The notes below the pieces were generated by a model. That model worked only from the letters and a program-made list of their open reading frames with translations. It was not told the DNA's origin and ran no database searches. This document shows, piece after piece, positions 21,492 to 36,018 of a stretch of 41,454 nucleotides of DNA. Numbering within the stretch: the stretch's first letter is position 1; each line of letters opens with the position of its first letter. Origin of the DNA: Oopsacas minuta (lineage: Eukaryota; Animalia; Porifera); NCBI GenBank assembly GCA_024704765.1, contig JAKMXF010000078.1:1-41454 (forward strand). The letters run 5' to 3'. The translations under genes and the position numbers were made by a program.

Positions 21492-21619
21492 TCAGGGCGT
21501 TCAATAAGTCTTGCGGGTCATGATATATCTTAGGAATTAGTCAAGTAATATATCTAACTTACATATATTATAAGCCCAAATAGTTAAACTCCATACTGAA
21601 AGTTTCAAGCTCAAGCATT
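21492..21619 (+). mobile_element. Mariner-A left end
   Basis: TA + TCAGGGCGTTCAATAAGTCTTGCGGG; about 115 bp matching 8802-8920. Ends at the N at 21620. Confidence 0.85.
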
Positions 21620-21620
21620 N

Positions 21621-22042
21621 GTTTTCCAGGAAGACAACGATCCCAAACACACGTGCAACCTTGCTAAAGGATACATGGAGGAGAAAGGGATACATAGGAT
21701 GGATTGGCCTGCTTGTAGTCCGGATTTGAATCCGATCGAGAACCTCTGGTAGTGGATCAAGAGAGAAATCGATTTGAAGTCACCACGAAATTTAAATGAG
21801 CTGGAAAGGGAGCTAAATGAAGTATGGAATTATTTAGAACATGAATTTTTACATCCATTTGGTCATCGATGCCAAAAAGAGCCAAATTAGTACGGAAAGT
21901 AACGGAAGTAAGATAAATTATTAGGCCTACTATATTATTGATTGTTTAAGGATTCTAATAACATATTTAGAATAGAAATACACTAAATGTATTTGCAGCT
22001 AGGGAAAAACAAAGATCTTCCCAATTTCAAGTTGACAGACTG
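21621..22042 (+). mobile_element. 3' third of a Tc1 (DD34E) element with right TIR
   Basis: [11 protein letters not shown]...[15 protein letters not shown] with 34 residues between D and E. Ends CAATTTCAAGTTGACAGACTG then TA. Confidence 0.88.
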
Positions 22043-22569
22043 TATATGTAAGTTTACATATGTAATCTGAATTAGTATGGTAACAAACTATCCATGGTTC
22101 TGTATACATTCACTATCCAACGCTTATTTAGGTTCAGAAATTCAAATATTATTAATTTATCAATTACGATTGCATAGGGCATGTTTTTTACATTCAAAGA
22201 AATTTTGGTTACAATGCAATGGTGTAACCAATACAATGGTCAAGAATTGGATGACCATTTAGAATAGTGACATCATAATAGGTTTGTAGTCAAACTTGCG
22301 CTGAACAACTAAATCAAATATTGGCAAGTGAATGTATGATGAATATGATCGAATTATGCTTCAAGTTAGTAAATATGGCCTGATATATTATACTTGAAGT
22401 ACAACCATCATCTCAAGACTATGATCACAAAAGGTAATTTCTCGCTTAAGTTTAATCAAAACTTAGGCTTTTGGCAGGTTTAAGAAGTTTACTGAACAAC
22501 CTCTCCACAGCAATTCCATGTGCCACTTTGTAGAATTAGTCCATTCTTAATTATCGGAACCGTGAATGT

Positions 22570-22730
22570 GGCTATTACACTTCAGATGGGACCATCCATG
22601 ACGCGATTTATTGTGGTTATACAGGACCCCATATGACGCCATATATATTCCGGCTGGACCATCTTTTGCGCCGCATATGGGCCTGGCCCGGAGGGATAAC
22701 ATATGAGGCCATATAGGTCCTGCTGACTTA
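22570..22730 (+). repeat. Cluster of short GGACC...ATGACGCC-type repeats, probable MITE subterminal array
   Basis: GGACCATCCATGACGCG, GGACCCCATATGACGCCATATA, GGACCATCTTTTGCGCCGCATATG and CATATGAGGCCATATAGGTCC within 160 bp. Confidence 0.4.
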
Positions 22731-22918
22731 CGATTGTGACCAATTACAGCATGATATTATAGGTATTCGTAAGAAATTATGAATAAATCATATAATTGAG
22801 TTTGAAATTTATTATTGTTATCATTCCTTTCTTGCTTCTAACGTAGGATCCAACCTATCATTTTCCATATGCTGGTCATCATATCGTTGTTTACGGTTAA
22901 TTGCAAAATATAGATATA

Positions 22919-23099
22919 CAGTGAGACCTCGTTAATGTGAACACATTTAATACGAATTACCTGTTAAGACGAACAGAATTTTACACGATTTTAGTCCATA
23001 TAATGGATATTCAATTGTTTTTACTCCGGTTAATACACTCCGGATAAGGGGCACAAATCTCGACTGTCCCTTCGTGTACGTATTAACGATGTTCTACAG
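22919..23099. mobile_element. Tigger/pogo-like MITE (about 180 bp)
   Basis: TA-CAGTGAGACCTCGTTAATGTGAACAC ... GTGTACGTATTAACGATGTTCTACAG-TA; imperfect TIRs of the CAGTAGAACCTCG type. Confidence 0.7.
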
Positions 23100-23519
23100 T
23101 AGATGAGATAGAAAGATAAGCGATATTTTAAGAGAATGTCTGTCCACATAGTGATATTCTACAGGGGCCTCTACTGGATTAGGATAATAGTATCTGTAGT
23201 GAACATGACCCTAACGTAACATTGAGTGGTAAATTCAAATACTTTAGGGAAAATTCGAATTATTAAAATTCGTAATATGCTGTGCGTTCGCCATACATTC
23301 CTGGAATTAAGCATAGTACAAAATAGCCAAATTTAACAAATTAAGATCTTACAAATATGAAAATTTACTTAGTAAATACGAAAATTAATTAGTAAATTTG
23401 ATCATTTAAATTCTGATTCACCATTTTAATGCACCTATATTTGCATATTCTCAGTTGACTATTTCATGATTAATGAATAATTCATTATTTTCCAGCTAAG
23501 CTTGCTACATTACTAGGCG

Positions 23520-24900
23520 ACAAGTTAGTGCCTCGAATTGAGCTCAAATATGAAACAGCAACAGTTTTAGAGTTTGGGTGGCTACGCTGCTGGTTATACT
23601 CGGCACTTCGTGTCGCAGATATTATACTTTCTCAAAATTTTGATTTTGTGTACAGTGATGATGAAGTAACAATTCCAAGATAGAATTTATTGTGTGAAAA
23701 TTGTCAAGTCACCAGATGTATCATATTGAGGGGTACAAAATGTGACAATTACGTCATATTTCCGTTATATGTTGTAATTTTTGTTCCAAAACTCGAATAT
23801 GTCCGAATATATACTTATATCTTTCTTGGGCCAATAGTATCAATTTCCCTGAAAATTTGTCAAAATATTGCACTAATTCAATTAAAATATCTGATATACA
23901 AGCAAATTTAGAGATACTGATTGTCTAATCGGAAAGATCGTCGATATATTCTAGAGGAACTGTTGAAAGCATGTCATTATATAAACCCTGAGAGTCTCTG
24001 GTCCCCTCTCTAATCCTATCTGCTTCCCTTCTGCCGTTATTACACAATTTTTCTTGGTCTACGTACTAACTTGTACCTTTGTATTTGATTAACGATATAC
24101 TTAACCTTCAGGGGTGGTTTTGTATACATTTTTTTGGTCTGGTTCGAAGAAATACGAGTCTTGGATGGAAGGTCTCACCTTTGGACAATATTATGACGTA
24201 ATTTCCCCCATTTTAGTTTTCGTAGAATTGCTCTATTAGCCATGTTCAGCTAATATATATTTTTATAATTAAAATATTTATTACAGATACCCCTCAATAT
24301 TCCTAACGTCACTGCATCATGTTTTGTCCAAAAGCAAACTCTTTATGGAATTCTTACGTCATCATGAACCAGTGTGGCCAGATTTGCAATTAGTACTATG
24401 CCAAAATCACAACAAATTATGCTAGAATTATGCCAGAAAAGCTGACTCAAATATACCAGAACTATGCTATAAATCAATAATTCTGATGGAATTATTCTAA
24501 AATTTATTGCAATTATGCTTGAATATTCCATGAACAATATTTGTGCTAAAGTTCAATCAGGCAGGGTACCATTGTCAGAGATGAAGTTGTTTATATTTTC
24601 CAGCACTGTCAATATTAGGGCTCCAAACTCTCAGGCTCTCTGGCCTACGAATACTGCAGGATCCCTAGTTTATCTTCGAATACTAATCTTAAATTACACT
24701 TCTCACGATAGCTAGTGTCACTGCAAACGCCCTCATATGTAATTTGGATGGACAATGGTTATAAGGTATTTTAAACTCGAGACGTGCAGTGGTTGTATAT
24801 CTGGTCGCGTACCAACCAAAAGCACTATAGACTATAGCTGTTTCATAAACAAGCTAAATTTGTTACACAAATCTGTTGGGCAGCGACTTGATAAGCGTAG
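23520..24900. repeat. Inverted-repeat-bounded segment (old non-autonomous element); a related end lies at ~27720-27910
   Basis: TATGAAACAGC.A.AGT...G.TTT.GGT.GG.TACGC..TATAC at ~23550-23610 (+) and ~24770-24850 (-). Inner inverted pair ATATTGAGGGGTA (~23716) and TACCCCTCAATAT (~24289). Boundaries approximate. Confidence 0.45.
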
Positions 24901-25114
24901 TGGACTTGTTGACATTAAGAGCTTAGTTGTATGGCATAATCAGGTCCATCAATGTACATCCATTTTCTGTCCTCTAGTTGATGTGAACGCGGGATAAAGC
25001 CAACCGTGACTTTGTTATATATTATCGATGTGCACGATTTAAATGATTTGATCGTCCTTTGGTGTTCTTATTCACTAGTCGACTATAGTTATCATATTTT
25101 CTGTATTCATTTAA

Positions 25115-25597
<483 letters not shown>

Positions 25598-26879
25598 TCT
25601 CCAACAATTATTATAAATTTGATTAAATATTTCTTTCCAAATTCCTATCAACTGTATTCCATTTTAAAATTGTTATACATGTGAAAATCTTTGATCCAAG
25701 ACAGGCTAATAGTTTTGGAATTTCATTTGAACAAGAAAACTTTGCTTATCTTCTCTGCGCGGGTCAGGAACACTTGGTGTCCGGGCCGTGCTCTTGTATT
25801 TTTATAAATGATTTTAATATAGAGTTTTTAACTATATCTATCGACTTTAAAAACGACAAAAAGCGGCTAACATAATCTATTTTTCTGCTAACATATATTT
25901 CGCGTTTTCATTTACCAATTTTTTGCATTAACCGATCACAGCTGAAGTTTACGTTCGTAATGAGAAGGAATACTGAAATTTTATCACTTCGATTTATCCA
26001 ATTACCTCATCAAGAACGAGATTTAACACCTTTTGTCGTCATAAAATCACACATTTTCCCCCTTGTATTCGGTTGAATCACTCAAAGTCGCGGTTGCATT
26101 CGTAGTTTCACTCGTTGAATGCATTCATGATTCATATTGACCATGCTTAAGTGTTTATTCATGTACCCATTTATCTTTTCCACGAAATTATGAATTTTAA
26201 TATGTATTTAATTTTTAATTCTCTATTACCTCGAATAATTCCTAGGGCTATTATTTATTTCAAGCTCCTTTGAGTGGAAATTTTTGATTCTTGTGAGCAC
26301 GTTGACTTCTATATTCCTTACAAGATATGTCTTCACCCTAACAACAGGAGATAAATCAAATTGTGAGAGAAATGAAGGTTAACTCATAAGTTATTAGTTT
26401 TCAGGAGGCCGATAGGAGATTATTCGAGTGTAGCTATTATTCAACGTAATACTGGTATATTTATGCTTAATGTCAACAATTGTCTTTGATTTTTATTGGT
26501 CGATTAATATATAATATTTTATACATAGTTACATTAGATACAATTGGCATTTTAATTAAATTCCAAATTATATTGATTATATTATTGAGTATGAAACTAT
26601 AGTACGTAGTAGAAACATTAGCTAATTACTCCGTAAATTTCAACTAACAAACACGTTTAATAAATTGGCATAAGAAAACTTTGCGCTATTGGATCTATGA
26701 AGTAATATTTGCATTTAAATTAGCCTGTGTTAGACCCTGACATCTGATAGGAAATGTTTTCACTTGGTGAATCCTTAAATCTCAAATGTCCATACAAGTT
26801 GACACTTATCTCAGAAAGCTTCAGAGATATCGCTTAGATCTTATAATAGTTCCTAGATTCTTCCTTATTTTGTTAGACC

Positions 26880-27600
26880 CAGTGTTTCAAAAACCGTTTT
26901 GATTGCGTACCATCTTTTCGATTATTGTTGAAATCACTGACTCCTACTGGTCTGATTCACACCACCACGATTAAAATACAAAAGAATATTGCTCAATTCT
27001 TTATGAGTTTTATCATTTGGATTTGGTGGGACATGTAGCAGATGTGTCACTTTCTTGGAATGTCGGTACCATGGGAAGAATTCTGAAATTGTTTATGGAA
27101 TATTTACGCGTATTGAGAAATATATTCACGATTTCACTGCATATGTCATCTATTATGAACTTGCGTATGAATTTATCAGGTGCAGCAAACTGTCAGGCTG
27201 ATCGGGCTATGGCCTTACCACTGAACTCCCTTTCAATCCTATAGTATTGCTGAACCACTTAATTACAAATCATGTCCTGAACGCTATCGAACTAACTTCG
27301 CTACCCTTGTATTCAATATATGCCAATTCTGGCACATTTAACATAAATATTGATCATAATTCAACAAGAATTGTATCACGATTTTTCTGATGTATATTCT
27401 TATGTAAATCAGATAGGTAGGAGATTTCAAATTGCCATCAAAAGTAGTCGATCTCATTAAGAATGCTTCCTTATGTGACTGGAAAATTTGTGAGCTCATT
27501 ATCTATATAATTGATATCTCTGCTAAAAGAATTTATATCGGAAAATTTTGGATTTTCTGCCCTAAAATGTTCACAAGAATCGTCAAATAATTGTGGGGTT
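26880..27600 (-). pseudogene. Possible highly decayed hAT-Charlie transposase 3' end with terminal TIR
   Basis: TIR-like CAGTGTTTCAAAAACCG at 26880. Minus-strand remnants such as ISYLSDL and PTFQES..S....TKSK loosely match Charlie C-terminal motifs. Weak. Confidence 0.35.
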
Positions 27601-29120
27601 TATAATCGCTCTTATATATTATAACTCGATGATTTTTACTTTGCCCACTATACTATTACATATTATAGTGGTTCAGTTCTTAATTGCTTGACTTAGTATA
27701 TTAATATTTAAAAGGTATCTCCCTTGCTAGGTCGCTGCGCAACGGGCGGACTTATCTTTGAGCTTTGCGCCTTGTCTAGCTTAAGTATTAAATAGCAAAA
27801 TTTGGCAGTGCTTTTTGGTTGCTAAGCGACGAAATATACTCAGTACTTCGTGTCTTCATTTAAAGAAATAGCTGAAATTTAATTATCTGCTGTCGATCCA
27901 AATTACATTTAATAACCTACTGTGGAATACTCGAGCCGCGAAGTGGCTTGTGGTGACTGATCTCGACACATTGTGTTTGGATTATTATGAAATTCTAAAA
28001 AACGAAATTCGTGAAATTTATATATATATCTGTCCAGTCGTGATGACGTTATAATCCCAAGATGAGTTCTCATTTGGCCAAAATAATAACATCAGAACAT
28101 TTGGCATATTGAGAGCTACCTGTTGTTTAGATTATATTTTTCTGTCATGTATATAAACTGAGCTGTGGCAAATATTGAGATTTGTCGAACATCCAATAGG
28201 TGTCAATGGTGACATTATTTCGTCAAGAGTGCGAATTTCTTCCAAGACTTGCCCAAGCCAAGCCCAAAATACCCCTCTATGCCAATATCAGCCCTAGTTG
28301 TCTTGCAGTTTTTTTAATCAATTCCGTACACACAAACATGCATCACATATACATACACATAGATTTATTGAGTTTTAAGAGTATAGCTCTGTGTATACGC
28401 ACTCCTATTCTTATATTTAGAAATGCGACACCAAATTAGGCATGTATCCTGGTTGTGACTTCCCACCTGACATTTGAAATTTTCTTATGTGTATATTTTC
28501 AAGCCTTGAAACACCTCTGTATTTCACACAATCAGATTGTACTGGTTAAGTGAATTTACATCTAGGCATAAATCGGTATTTTTGAGTATATGTAATTCTA
28601 TTAGTTCTAAAATGTATTTGTATTGAATATAGACTGTAATTCAACTGGTCAATACATTCTTTTGAATATATATACATTTATTTATCATATGATTAATTAT
28701 TCATATTTTACGCTTTGGTGAACATTCAAAATAATACTAGAAATTAGCTTCCACTTGTTAAATTGGGGCAAACAGGTGCGTAGGATTCGGTTTTGGCATT
28801 TTCATTCAGTTTTATCTTTCTTTGCTAAATGGATATTTAGTAGAATGATTAGTTTCAATACTCTACTGAAAATAAATTTGTTAACATTTAAGTCAGCACA
28901 GACGGTGATTTGAGATAATTTATTTGTTCGGAATTTATTGAGAACTTGGCATGTGGAATATAATAAGGCTAAGAACAAGTTCCAAGATCTAGGCGTTATC
29001 TCTTAAACACTGAGAGATAGCCGTCAAAATATATTGGTCAATCGGATTTGAAGGTTTAACACTGTTTAATTTGAGTGCAGAAACCTACTCAATAGTTCCC
29101 ATTCCTTAAACATGTAACTA

Positions 29121-30440
29121 CAGTAGTGGCCAAATTAATTGCAACAAGAGGAGCAATTAATTTGGTCACATATTTTACACGCCGTATTGCCTTGTTTGTT
29201 CTATTAACATTTAATATGAGCACATTTGCTCTTCATAACATCTACAATGCATTTAGGCATAGACATTACTAGTTTTCACTAATTTTCTGAATTTCTGGGT
29301 CACTTTTCCACACCTCGACAACAGATTTTATAACCTTTTCCTTGGTGGTGCAATCAAGATTTTGCAAACGACTCTTTACAATGGCCCAGAGGTTTTCAAT
29401 CGGTGCAATATCAGGGGAGTTTCCTGGCCACGCCATAACTTTGATGTTGCTTGCTTCGTAATGCCTCTGTACCACCTTGGAAGTGTCGCATGGGGCTAGA
29501 TCCTGTTACAGAACACAATCTCCATTTGGAAAGTGTTCTTGGAGCTGGGGTTTGATTCTGCTGTCAATAACATCCATGTACTTGGCGGAGTTCATCATGC
29601 CTTCGCATATGTGCAATTGTCCCGTGCCCTGGGCATTGAAGCAACCCCAAAAACATGACTTTTTCTGGATGTTTGACTTGCTGGTTGATATGAGCTGGAC
29701 GAATGAGGGATTTGGTAGCCTTTGCTGAACCTGCACATAAAAATATGATTCATCTGTGGTGAGGACCTGCAAATAACCTTTAGTAAGTTCCTGCTTTGGA
29801 AACATTTAGGTTATAAACATGAAATAACTTATTTTTTGCCAATTATCTAGCGTCTAAGTTCGGTGGTTCTTTGTCCATTTGAGCCGGCATTAGCACATGA
29901 CCTTGGTTAGCAGCTGGTTTTCTTTGGAGTGCAAGCCTTGCGTTCTCCATCGTAAAGTATGCGACGGATAGTCCGAGCGCTCACATCTAGCCCAAATTAT
30001 GCTTAATCTGATTCGGGAGGGCCTTGGGGTTTCCTACTAGCTGTAAGGACAATTCGCCTTTCTCACTTAGTGGTTTGCCACCGTCCACAGCATCCAGGCC
30101 GTTGAGTTTTAAAAAATTACCAGTTTCTTGGACTTTTTTTACATATTCTGACAACCTTGAAGTGACACGACATTCCAGAGCGATCTCTCGAACCGTTTTA
30201 CTCTCGTACTGACGCAAAGTTAATACTTTCTGCCTCATCAAGAGTGGAGTGTCCATAGCTAATCTTAGTCTGACTGTAAAATCTTAAATTCATGACTTAG
30301 ACAATATTGTAGATCTCCCTTTACATGTTTGTCATTATGTAATCAATAACTGGAGTCCTTCTATAACTGCACATAGATACCTAGTTGTAATGGTAAATAG
30401 AGTTAAACCTATCTTGGTGCAATTAATTTGGCCACTACTG
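29121..30440 (-). mobile_element. Full-length Tc1 (DD34E) element, pseudogenised
   Basis: TA-CAGTAGTGGCCAAATTAATTGCA...TGCAATTAATTTGGCCACTACTG-TA. ORFs 30256-29987, 29805-29506 (VLTTDESYF, WGCF) and 29475-29269. QDLAPC...WPGNSPDIAPIE gives 34-residue spacing. Confidence 0.93.
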
Positions 30441-31004
30441 TATCTGTATTATTTTATATTTATTCAATAATTATTCTATGTAATATTATTAACATGGCAG
30501 TTGGGTATATTTGTAGCCCTGTTTATTTTCTTAGTATGTTGAGTATTTTCTCAATAAATGAAACCTGAACTTCACTAAGGTATTTCTTGAAATTTCCATT
30601 CTTAGTATCACAAAAACGTCCTGATTAATAAAACGTGGTAGGTAATCGGTTCAATGAATAATCTCAAGTAAGAGAAGCTAGACATAAGAAGCAGCTCCAC
30701 AAATTGTGGGCTAATTAGTTAAGGTAAGCGGCACTGATCCGAAAACCCGTTAGCTGAAAGACCAAATTGCTTATTTTAAGAGTCATATTCCTACTAAATG
30801 GGCTTCCAGTCTCTAGCGTCAATTAGAACATGAAGGACCTCAACGAAATTGTGAATAATAAGAGCTCATTGCCGGTCCGAGCTTTCAGTGAGGTTTTAAG
30901 CCAAATCCGAAGAAAATAATAAGATCAATATATTAAAGTCTGCACTGTCTTTTCCTTCTTCGGAAAATTTTAAACATTTTCAATGAACACTAAGCAGACT
31001 CGTG

Positions 31005-32006
31005 AATCTTCCGCCATCCTTTACCTAACTATATACTCATGACCGGACAGTTAATGGAGGAAGAAAGAACCGTTATCGATATCTCGTAGATCCATATCTT
31101 CTAGAGGTAAACGGGACTTTCGTCTCAGGAAATTTATTATCCGGAAATTTGGTCTCTTGGAATTTTCGTATCCTTTAGCGGTTTTATTGTGTTTCTTTGT
31201 TTATAGAAAAACAAAAAAGTTGGATAATGTTACACAAGATCAAGATAAAAGGTAGAATGTTTGCCAAAATGGTGGTGTAAAGGGCTGGAGTTATAAGATA
31301 GGACGGGATCATCACGGTATATTTCTTAGATTAGCTAGCAAAAGGTTATATGAAGGGTTGATCGGGAATATTAATGCTAGACTAGATTCTGATGAATTTC
31401 TTGTTCTGATTAGCTATTTAATGGTCTGGGGTAGGAGATGTGTGTTTTATATAAGGTAGATGATGATGGCTAAGTTCCGAGCTATCATTAGCGTTGCTAA
31501 AGTCGACTGTAAGGGTCTAGGTGTTGTTCTGTTTGGGAAATTGGGACCAGGAATCTTTTTCGTATTTCAGCGGCATTTGTAGTATTTCTCTGTTTTATAG
31601 AATACTAATAGGAAGATTGATAATGTTGCCAAAGATCAATATATATGGTAGAAAAGTGCTAAATTCCAGATACTGAAGTTCCGAATGCGGGATTTCCAAG
31701 AGACCATTTTTCGAGACCAAATTTCCCGATACGAAATTTCCTGAGACGAAAGTTCCGCCATTCCTTCTAGAATCGAGAGGAATTCAAGATATGCTAAATT
31801 AGATTAGCACATTTTCTCTTTTTATTCAAGGTATTGATATGAAGAAAAATAAAGGAGCAAGTGACTTAAGGACGATCATCAGAGCTGATGGTAGTATACA
31901 GAAGTAGCATGTGCCAGGATACTAGTGCAACATGAAGCTACACATGGTTTACAACGTATTACAGACTGTAACTATGCGTATGAATCTTATTATTACGTCC
32001 TTTGGT
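31005..32006 (+). pseudogene. Helitron Rep N-terminal fragment (continues at 18069), interrupted by the MITE at 31106-31764
   Basis: PPSFT*LYTHD (PxFxQLYxxD motif), then GIQDMLN, then GLQRITDCNYAYESYYYVL, matching Helitron LQRI....YD.L.YPL. The frame continues into F..EDHGW at 18069. Confidence 0.7.
31106..31764. mobile_element. MITE (about 660 bp) with TIRs and an 8-9 bp TSD (Mutator- or hAT-like)
   Basis: GGTAAACGGGACTTTCGTCTCAGGAAATTT ... AAATTTCCTGAGACGAAAGTTCCGCCATTC(C). CTTCTAGA flanks both sides (31098-31105, 31764-31771; right boundary +/-1). Confidence 0.8.
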
Positions 32007-32253
32007 CAGTGGCGGATCTATGAGGGGTATGAGGGGTATGCATACCCCCCCACCAGCTTTGTTAAATTATTTATTTCGTCTACTCAGTACTTGTAGATTG
32101 AATACAGTACATGCCTTATTATGCCACAACCCTAATGAATTTATTTTCTCGACTATATACTTGTAATTCGGGAAATGTTCCTTCAATATTATTTCATTAT
32201 TGCCTACTGTAGTTATTAAGGAGCCATAGGAATATAATTCTGATATAGATTAA
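32007..32253 (+). mobile_element. Left part of the non-autonomous hAT element completed by 17403-18060
   Basis: CAGTGGCGGATCTA TIR preceded by CCTTTGGT; subterminal TATGAGGGG x2 and palindrome GGGGTATGCATACCCC. Ends at the N at 32254. Confidence 0.8.
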
Positions 32254-32254
32254 N

Positions 32255-32423
32255 AAAATATAAACAGATTATCAAATAAGGGAATGAAGTATTCATTATA
32301 GTATTGGACTACTATAGACTAATAATAATAATCTGAAAAATGGTCGGTTAGTAAACAATACTGTTCGATTTATAACGACTTCAAACGAAGTACTGAGGAG
32401 GAAAAAACTTTTGACACACCCTA
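32255..32423 (-). mobile_element. Terminal fragment with TIR, probably the 5' end of the DD37E element at 40766
   Basis: Minus strand TA + TAGGGTGTGTCAAAAGTTTTTTTCCTC resembles CAGGGTGTCTCAAAAGTCTCTCCTC at 40766. Confidence 0.6.
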
Positions 32424-32425
32424 TA

Positions 32426-35400
32426 GTCTCAAATCGTAAAGATAAGTTAAAAGTTTGCAATGTAGTATGTATGTACATATATAGTTGTCTTAAAGTTCAA
32501 TTACCTGAAAGGTTACCTGCGACAATCTCATTGGATACTTACGTTGCGAGATATCTTCAAAGTTTGGAGAACATAAGTGCAGTTAAAGTCTTTTTGATTT
32601 AGCCAGTTATTTCGAATGGTTTTAATAATGTGCACAAAATCGAACATCAAGTATAGAGAACGTAGATTATCGCTTAGGTGAACTACACATGACAAAATTT
32701 CTTTTCCATTGCCATGCAACTTGAAAAGGTTGACATTTAGAGGATAGTTGTATGATACAATTACATCAACGAAGAGGCTAAGTTGTTTTATATCTTTAAT
32801 TACTTGCACAGTAATAGGGAGTATATCAGAAGCTTTGAGGTTGACTAATGGGAGTAATCGTACAACCGAAGACCATTTCTTAGACAAACTTGATAGCATT
32901 AAATATAGAATTGTCTTGGCAGGTTCTATCACACTCAAAGATGGTGAATTTTCTGCATTACCATATCTTTTTCCACCTAAAGATAAAAAGGATTTACTAC
33001 AATATTATTACCTGTACAAGTTCTATAAACCTTTAAAGTCACTGTACTCAGCTAACCTTTATATGAAATGCCAGATTTGTGTGTATCTTATCCATAATTA
33101 GACAAAGATGACTTTCAAATTGATTAAAGCCACCCGTCTCAGCTTTTAAGGATGTTAGAAACTCAGTGCCCAAACAAAAACGAGAATATAGACGACGTAG
33201 TGATGACTCATGTGGCTAAGGTATACAGTCCATTTTACGTAGTTGTTATTACAGGCATGAGACGACAAATGAGACTTAAGTGAGAGAATCATCATGATCA
33301 TATTGTAGCGAATTCTAGTTATTAAAACAATCGAGTTCTCCAATTGACCCACGATATAGTGCAATTGAGTTATGAGAACTGGAAACTCGTGCATACCTAT
33401 ACAGGGTGGCTGCTAAGTTCTGATACAAAAATTCAATTACAATATAACCTTGATCGTAATGTATTTACAGTATTTTGACTATCTAAGACTCTTCATATAA
33501 CCTTCTTAATGCATTCAAATTCGATTTAGCCTACATTTTTCACAAAAATTTATACTATTGACCATGAGTCATGAGAGGTCAGTAATTGTTGAATTATAAA
33601 AGGCGGGAAAAACCCTCCTGAGATATTAAAAAATGGTAAATATTGCAAAAGGACGGAGAGCATTTATCTACAGGACAATAAAACGTTACAATGAAACTAG
33701 GGACACGAACGACAAACCAAGATCTGGTCGTCCTTGTTCTGTGACAACTGCAGCCCTCAAGGAGAGGGTCAGAGAACGGATTTGGTGAAATCCACGGTTA
33801 TCCATGAGAAAAATGGCCAAGGACTTGAAAGTTGCACGTGAAACTGTTCAAAAAGTGGTTCACCGTGACTTGAAAATGCGTTGTTTTAAAAGAAAGAAAG
33901 TACGCTTCCTCTCAGAGTTAGTCAAGACAAAACGATTGTTGAGAAGCAAGGCGTTACTTGCAAGACACGCTAACAGCGGACTCGGAAGTATCATCTTTAC
34001 AGATGAAAAGATTTTCACTATCTCTGAGGCTACGAATGTTCAAAATGATCGTGTGACCTCTACAACTATCTCAGAGATCCCTGGTAAGTTTAGGTACATC
34101 AGTCGGAAAATTAAACCTCTCTCAGTGATGATTTGGGCTGGTGTCTCTGCTGTTGGCCGCACGCCATTGATTTTCGTACCTGCTGGGGTGAAAATCACCG
34201 CGAAAACTGACAAAGACTTGATCCTAGAGCCTGTTATAAAAGATCTGAGCCAGACAATGTTTTCTGGACAGCCATTTGTTTTCCAACAAGATGGTGCTCC
34301 TGCTCATACGGCAATTACCACACAGGACTGGTTAGAGGGCAAAATCCCCGATTTTATCCCAAAGGAAGAATGGCCTCCATATTGTCCTGATTAATATCCA
34401 ATAGACTATTCTCTTTGGTCCATCTTGGAGAATAGGACTTGTTCGGTTTCACACAGCACTATAGTCCTTGAAAAAGTTTTTGTGTGTCGCGAATGGGAGA
34501 AAATACCCCCAGGAAACTCTGCGTGGCGCAGTGGAAAGTTTCCCTACCAGACTCAAGGATGTAATTTCAAAAAAAGGAGGATATATAGAATAACTATTTT
34601 AGTAATTAAATCATTACAGTAGTAAATATCGTATATGCAATATCAACATTATCTTCCAAGTTGTAAAATATAATGGAGAAAATCCTTTGTATCAGAACTT
34701 AGCAGCCACCCTATAGTCACAATTCAATATAATTAGTATATTAACATTAAGGGATTGCATGTATTACCTAATGTATCGTCGAATATTAAAATCGCTTGTT
34801 TTCCTTATGAAATGCTCTTGTGAATCTCTAAAAAAGATATAGTCAGCTTTATGATGAAAAGTTCCAAAATTCATTATTAGTACTTACCAATAAGAGCTCT
34901 ATCAACGTTATAGTTTGTCAGTAGATCAATCAAAGTATTTATCTGACGAATATCATTGATCATAGGAATATGGAAATCAACTTGAGTTCCATGGTAACAA
35001 CAAATAACTTCTAGAGTACGGTCTAGGGAAATGGAATTTTGAAGGCTATCTGATGCGTTGATGTAGGATTAACAATATCAAGGTAGTAGATAATCCAACC
35101 AGATGGAATATGAGTGTCAGACAATCTGGTGATGAGTTCATCGAAACCACCTATAACAAACTTACTCTGTTCCTCTTCAAAGCTCACATTACTTAGCTTC
35201 AATGCCTAGAATTTAGAGAGAACATAATTCAGGCCCATAAGCCATAGGTAATAGTTTTGCATTTGTATTCACCTGATTCTGTAGCTCATTTTCCCTTTTA
35301 TCCCTCTGAAGGTGCTTTTTTTAGAATTATCATTGAGGTAAGTAGGGCAATTGGGAAGATACTTAGGCAATGCTCCTATCTTCAATCTAGCTTGTATAGA

Positions 35401-36018
35401 GTGGGTTTTATTCTTGCCATCAATGTCCAAATATGACTGAGTGTCATTATGTTCTGGGGATCAAAATGATTGGTACACAAATAAATCTTCTTTAGTTAAT
35501 CCACATCTAAAAAATTTAAGAAATTATAAACGAATGGCGATATGAACTCAGTAGTGCATAATTACCAATAACACTGAAAAATTCTAAAATATGAACTTGA
35601 CCCTAAAGCCTAAGGAAAATTGATAAGAAAAAACTTTGCATATTGTGGGCTCAACATTTCTGTGCAAGAATGACTTCCACTTTTGCTCAATATCTGGAGC
35701 ATTAGATGGCATCTGGAATACTGGTATACCACGGTGAGGGTGGTTGTAACCCGTTTGACATCTGGGTGCGGAGAAAGATTTGAGGATACTCAGAAAATAA
35801 ACTGTATCTAACTAAGCAAATTGAAACAATCAAAGATTGAAAAGAAAGCGATCTAGACGCGTAGTGAAATATTATAATAACAACGAATAATTCATACTGG
35901 AAACTTGCTTCTAAGGGATAGAATATTGTAAAATTCTGTTATGGGTGAATAATATAATCGACTCCCAGTTATCCCTAATTTATTGGAGTGAATAGGGCCT
36001 TATGCATCGTAGGCTATG
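32426..36018 (-). mobile_element. 5' part of a THAP-domain P-element (TIR, THAP, transposase N-half), interrupted by a maT element
   Basis: TIR ending ...GGCCTTATGCATCGTAGGCTATG at 36018. THAP remnants SAPRCQTGY...VFQMP...KWKSFLHR (~35790-35640) and LCTNHF...LKIGALPKYLPNCPTYL (~35480-35340). P-transposase motifs LRRLYS, CLIMDKIH, TILYLMLSSL and FDFVHIIKTIRNNWLN. Confidence 0.85.
33402..34713 (+). mobile_element. Full-length maT (DD37D) element, pseudogenised
   Basis: TA-CAGGGTGGCTGCTAAGTTCTGATACAAA...TTTGTATCAGAACTTAGCAGCCACCCTA-TA. IIFTDEKIF and FQQDGAPAH...CPD*YPID give 37-residue D-D spacing. Confidence 0.93.
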
